Below are positions 56,081 to 59,949 of a DNA stretch of 59,949 nt, in pieces. The stretch's first letter is position 1; every line of letters begins with the position of its first letter. The position numbers were made by a program, and so were the translations under genes. Origin of the DNA: a virus (lineage: Duplodnaviria > Caudoviricetes); IMG/VR virus record IMGVR_UViG_3300038825_001248, positions 1-59,949 of that record, one strand, 5' to 3'. The notes below the pieces were generated by a model. That model saw only the letters and a program-made list of their open reading frames with translations. It was not told the DNA's origin and did no database searches.

Positions 56081-58304
56081 ATTATATACAGTTGTAAAAA
56101 ACCACGTATCCAAACAATCTATGTTGAAAATGAATCAACATAAGTCTTGGCAGTACGGGTATAATCCAAATCATGATTTGGTTGTTATAAGCAAAGACGG
56201 AACTGTTGGTGAAATATATGACATTAATGGGTTATTAATAGGGTTGCCTAAAGCCCCTAAGATAATACATAAAAACTCTAAAACAACAACAGATCAATAT
56301 TGGGTTGCCGCGGAATATCCAAAAGCTTTATCTAGAATTAATTCTATTTTTCAATGGCATGAAATGACTACTCAGTTTAAAAATGAGTGGGTTGATTACA
56401 TTGAAACAGAATTCGATAGAAGGGAAGAAGGTTATTGGTTTTATAACAACGGAACACCCATCTATATAACCGGTACTCATTACATGTATTTGCAGTGGAC
56501 TAAAATAGATATTGGTAAACCCGAGTTTAGAGAAGCTAACAGAATATTTTATATTTTTTGGGAAGCGTGTAAGGCTGATAAAAGAAGTTTTGGCATGTGT
56601 TATTTAAAAATAAGACGTTCAGGTTTTTCGTTTATGGGTTCTTGCGAAGCCGTTAACACTGCTACAATTAGCAAGGACGCAAGAATAGGTATACTTTCTA
56701 AAACAGGATCCGATGCCAAAAAAATGTTTACTGATAAAGTTGTGCCAATATCAAACAACTATCCTTTCTTTTTCAAGCCCATACAAGATGGTATGGATAG
56801 GCCAAAAACAGAGTTGGCATATAGAGTACCTGCCTCCAAGATTACAAAAAAAAATATGTTTGAAACTGAAGAGGAGGAGCTAGAGGGATTAGATACAACA
56901 ATTGACTGGAAGAACACGGCCGACAATAGTTATGATGGTGAAAAATTAAAGTTGCTAATACATGATGAATCAGGTAAATGGTTAAAACCTGACAACATTA
57001 TTAACAACTGGAATGTAACGAAAACATGTTTGAGGCTGGGTAGTAAGATTATTGGTAAATGTATGATGGGATCAACATCTAATGCTTTAGACAAAGGTGG
57101 TGAAAATTTTAAGAAATTATTTTATGATTCTGATGTAAAAAATAGAAATCAAAATGGTCAAACAAAAAGCGGGTTATATAATTTGTTTGTTCCTATGGAA
57201 TGGAACTTTGAAGGATATATTGATAAATATGGAATGCCTGTTTTTAAAACACCAATCAAAGCTGTCGAGGGATCTGACGGAGAATTTATATATCAAGGCG
57301 CTATTGATTATTGGGAAAACGAAGTAGATTCGTTAAAGAAAGATGCTGATGTTTTAAATGAATTTTATAGACAATTTCCAAGAACAGATTCTCATGCCTT
57401 TAGAGATGAAAGTAAACAGTCATTGTTTAACCTAACTAAAATTTATCAGCAGATAGATTATAATGATTCTTTAATTAAAGAGCATTATTTAACTAGAGGT
57501 AGATTTAGCTGGAAAGACGGAATCAAAGATTCAAAAGTAATATGGTCACCTGACACAAGAGGTAGATTTTTAATTTCCTGGATACCAGAAAAAAACTTAC
57601 AAAATTGTAGGTTAAATCAAAATGGAAAGTATGCACCAGGCAATGAACATTTAGGTAGTTTTGGGTGTGACTCATATGATATATCTGGAACAGTAGGAGG
57701 CGGAGGATCAAATGGTGCATTACACGGATTAACTAAATTTAATATGGACAATGCCCCTAGCAATGAATTTTTTTTAGAATACGTAGCAAGACCGCAAACT
57801 GCAGAATTATTTTTTGAAGATGTATTAATGGCTTGTGTTTTTTACGGAATGCCTATTTTAGTAGAAAATAATAAACCTAGATTATTGTATCATTTTAAAA
57901 ATAGAGGGTATAGAAAATATTGTATGAATCGACCAGATAAAGTGTACAACAAACTTTCTAAGTCTGAAAAAGAAATAGGAGGTATACCTAACTCTTCAGA
58001 GGAAGTAAAGCAGGCGCATGCAAGCGCTATTGAAAGTTATATAGAAAAGTATGTGGGTATGGATATGGATGGGACATTTAGAGATAAATTAGACATGGGG
58101 ACTATGTATTTTAATAGAACATTAGAAGACTGGGCTAGGTTCAATATTAACAATAGAACTAAGTTTGACGCAACTATAAGTTCAGGTTTGGCTATTATGG
58201 CTAATCAAAAACACTTATACACACCTCAAAAAAAAGAGTCAAAAATAAAGATTAACTTTGCAAGATATAATAACAAGGGAATATATAGCGAAATACGTAC
58301 TTAA
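56058..58304 (+). CDS. terL: Terminase large subunit
   Basis: LKIRRSGFS Walker A variant, LLIHDESGKW Walker B, GCDSYD, VENNK, FDATISSG nuclease motifs. Confidence 0.9.
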   Translation: MQKDDQNKLYTVVKNHVSKQSMLKMNQHKSWQYGYNPNHDLVVISKDGTVGEIYDINGLLIGLPKAPKIIHKNSKTTTDQYWVAAEYPKALSRINSIFQWHEMTTQFKNEWVDYIETEFDRREEGYWFYNNGTPIYITGTHYMYLQWTKIDIGKPEFREANRIFYIFWEACKADKRSFGMCYLKIRRSGFSFMGSCEAVNTATISKDARIGILSKTGSDAKKMFTDKVVPISNNYPFFFKPIQDGMDRPKTELAYRVPASKITKKNMFETEEEELEGLDTTIDWKNTADNSYDGEKLKLLIHDESGKWLKPDNIINNWNVTKTCLRLGSKIIGKCMMGSTSNALDKGGENFKKLFYDSDVKNRNQNGQTKSGLYNLFVPMEWNFEGYIDKYGMPVFKTPIKAVEGSDGEFIYQGAIDYWENEVDSLKKDADVLNEFYRQFPRTDSHAFRDESKQSLFNLTKIYQQIDYNDSLIKEHYLTRGRFSWKDGIKDSKVIWSPDTRGRFLISWIPEKNLQNCRLNQNGKYAPGNEHLGSFGCDSYDISGTVGGGGSNGALHGLTKFNMDNAPSNEFFLEYVARPQTAELFFEDVLMACVFYGMPILVENNKPRLLYHFKNRGYRKYCMNRPDKVYNKLSKSEKEIGGIPNSSEEVKQAHASAIESYIEKYVGMDMDGTFRDKLDMGTMYFNRTLEDWARFNINNRTKFDATISSGLAIMANQKHLYTPQKKESKIKINFARYNNKGIYSEIRT
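58253..58260 (+). promoter_or_regulatory. Bacteroidota -7 promoter element within the terL 3' end
   Basis: TAACTTTG upstream of the portal ATG 58304. Confidence 0.45.
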
Positions 58305-59949
58305 TGGTAGATGTAAAAATTGATATAAACCCAGCGGGGTTTCCGGATTTATTTGTTTCTGATAGTGAAAAAGATACAGTAGAGTACGGACTACAGATTG
58401 GTCAAGCAATTCAATACGAATGGTTTCGTAAAGATAGTAGCACGTGTAGGTTTTACTCTCAGTGGAGAGATTACCACAGATTAAGACTGTATGCAAGAGG
58501 AGAACAGTCAGTTCAAAAATACAAAAATGAATTAGCTATAGACGGTGATCTAAGTTACTTAAACTTAGATTGGACGCCTGTGCCTATTATTCCAAAATTT
58601 GTAGACATTGTTGTTAATGGAATGTCGGACAGATTATTTAAAGTTCAAGCATATGCACAAGACGCCCTGTCTGCAGAAAACAGATCTTCATTTCAAGATA
58701 TGATAGAGGCTGATATGGTTGCCAAACCTATTCTTACTCAAATACAAAAAGGTTTTGGAGTAAACCCTTTTGCTACTGATCCAGATGAACTTCCAAATAA
58801 TGATGAAGAACTCGCTCTTTACATGCAATTAAACTACAAACCTGGTATTGAAATAGCGGAGGAAGAAGCTATCAACACTTTGTTTGAAGAAAATCATTAT
58901 TCTCACATTAGAAAAAGAGTAGACTACGATATTACAGTGTTGGGGGTGGGTATGACTAAACAATATTTTTTACCAGGTGAAGGTGTTAAGATTGATTATG
59001 TTGATCCTGCAAACGTTGTTTATAGTTATACCGAGGATCCGCACTTTAAAGATTGTTTCTATTGGGGTGAAATTAAAACTGTTCCAATGACGGAACTACC
59101 TAAAATAGATCCCACATTAACAAATGAAGATTTAGAAGAAATAGCTAAGTATAGCCAAGCGTGGTATGATTATTATAATGTCGCTCAGTTTTATGAAAAC
59201 AGTATGTTTTATAGAGACACTGCAACGTTGTTATATTTTAACTATAAAACCACAAACTCAATTGTATATAAGAAAAAGAAATTAGATGGAGGAGGCGCAA
59301 GGGTAATTGAAAAAGACGATCAATTTAATCCGCCAGAAGAAATGATGGAGGAAGGAAACTTTGAAAAAGTTGAAAAGAAAATAGATGTGTGGTATGAGGG
59401 TGTTATGGTAATGGGGACAAATATAATGCTTCAGTGGAAGAAAATGGAAAATATGGTTAGACCTCAGTCTGCCTCTCAGCATGCTATGCCTAACTATATT
59501 GCCTGTGCCCCTAGAATGTATAAAGGTGTAATCGAATCATTGGTAAGAAGAATGATTACATTTGCAGATTTGATACAAATGACGCATTTAAAATTGCAAC
59601 AGGTAATCGCAAGAACTGTACCAGATGGTGTATTTATAGATGCAGATGGATTAAATGAAGTTGACTTAGGCACAGGAAACGCATACAATCCTCAAGATGC
59701 TTTAAGGCTATACTTTCAAACTGGTAGTGTCGTAGGTAGAAGTTATACGCAAGATGGAGAATTTAATAATGCTAGAGTTCCAATTCAACAACTAACATCA
59801 AGTAGCGGTCAAGGTAAAATCAATAGCTTGGTGGGAACCTACAATCACTATATGGATATGCTAAGAAGTGTAACAGGTTTAAACGAAGCTAGAGATGGAA
59901 CTAAACCTGATCCTTACGCACTAGTTGGTGTACAAAAATTAGCAGCCCT
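58304..59949 (+). CDS. Portal protein, N-terminal part (absent from the ORF track; no stop within the window)
   Basis: MVDVKID...RLYARGEQSVQKYK...LNLDWTPVPIIPKFVDIVVNG; TAATG overlap with terL. Confidence 0.88.
   Translation, partial: MVDVKIDINPAGFPDLFVSDSEKDTVEYGLQIGQAIQYEWFRKDSSTCRFYSQWRDYHRLRLYARGEQSVQKYKNELAIDGDLSYLNLDWTPVPIIPKFVDIVVNGMSDRLFKVQAYAQDALSAENRSSFQDMIEADMVAKPILTQIQKGFGVNPFATDPDELPNNDEELALYMQLNYKPGIEIAEEEAINTLFEENHYSHIRKRVDYDITVLGVGMTKQYFLPGEGVKIDYVDPANVVYSYTEDPHFKDCFYWGEIKTVPMTELPKIDPTLTNEDLEEIAKYSQAWYDYYNVAQFYENSMFYRDTATLLYFNYKTTNSIVYKKKKLDGGGARVIEKDDQFNPPEEMMEEGNFEKVEKKIDVWYEGVMVMGTNIMLQWKKMENMVRPQSASQHAMPNYIACAPRMYKGVIESLVRRMITFADLIQMTHLKLQQVIARTVPDGVFIDADGLNEVDLGTGNAYNPQDALRLYFQTGSVVGRSYTQDGEFNNARVPIQQLTSSSGQGKINSLVGTYNHYMDMLRSVTGLNEARDGTKPDPYALVGVQKLAA
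59849..59949. repeat. Terminal direct repeat, right copy
   Basis: Equals 1-101 with one mismatch. Confidence 0.97.

Noticed and set aside
56058-58304. Intein or intron in terL
   Set aside because: Continuous ORF with no intein splice or homing endonuclease motifs seen
132-59688. Many antisense or alternate-frame ORFs in the track (e.g. 132-434, 18269-18706, 35331-35825, 50145-50735)
   Set aside because: Shadows of well-supported genes, with no motifs
1-59949. Stop-codon reassignment as in some crAss-like phages
   Set aside because: Genes tile densely under code 11, and TAG and TGA serve as normal stops (e.g. 37330, 49437, 54990, 6850)

Overview
The window is an apparently complete, circularly permuted ~59.85 kb tailed dsDNA phage genome. 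Bases 1-101 repeat at 59849-59949 with one mismatch, and the portal ORF runs in frame across the junction. The host is probably a Bacteroidota bacterium: TAnnTTTG promoter boxes recur, start regions are A-rich without Shine-Dalgarno sequences, and two signal peptides have Gln at +1. The + strand carries terminase, portal, PAP2 phosphatase, scaffold, capsid, tail ring/nozzle and ejection proteins, in an order resembling crAss-like/podovirus-type Bacteroidota phages. The - strand arm (22.5-34.4 kb) carries early and replication genes: AEP primase-helicase, SNF2 helicase, VRR-NUC nuclease, Sak annealase, RecE-like exonuclease, SSB-like protein and a phosphoesterase. A non-coding switch region holds iteron-like GTGTCRA repeats. 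After it come GroEL and GroES, a second tandem GroES-like gene, six fibre genes with shared anchors and near-identical DNA modules, a lysis region with a secreted thioredoxin-like protein and a putative outer-membrane beta-barrel, and two clusters of tiny basic proteins. I recognised no DNA polymerase, RNA polymerase, integrase, complete tRNA, CRISPR array or reverse transcriptase. All product calls come from motif recognition by eye; no database search was run.
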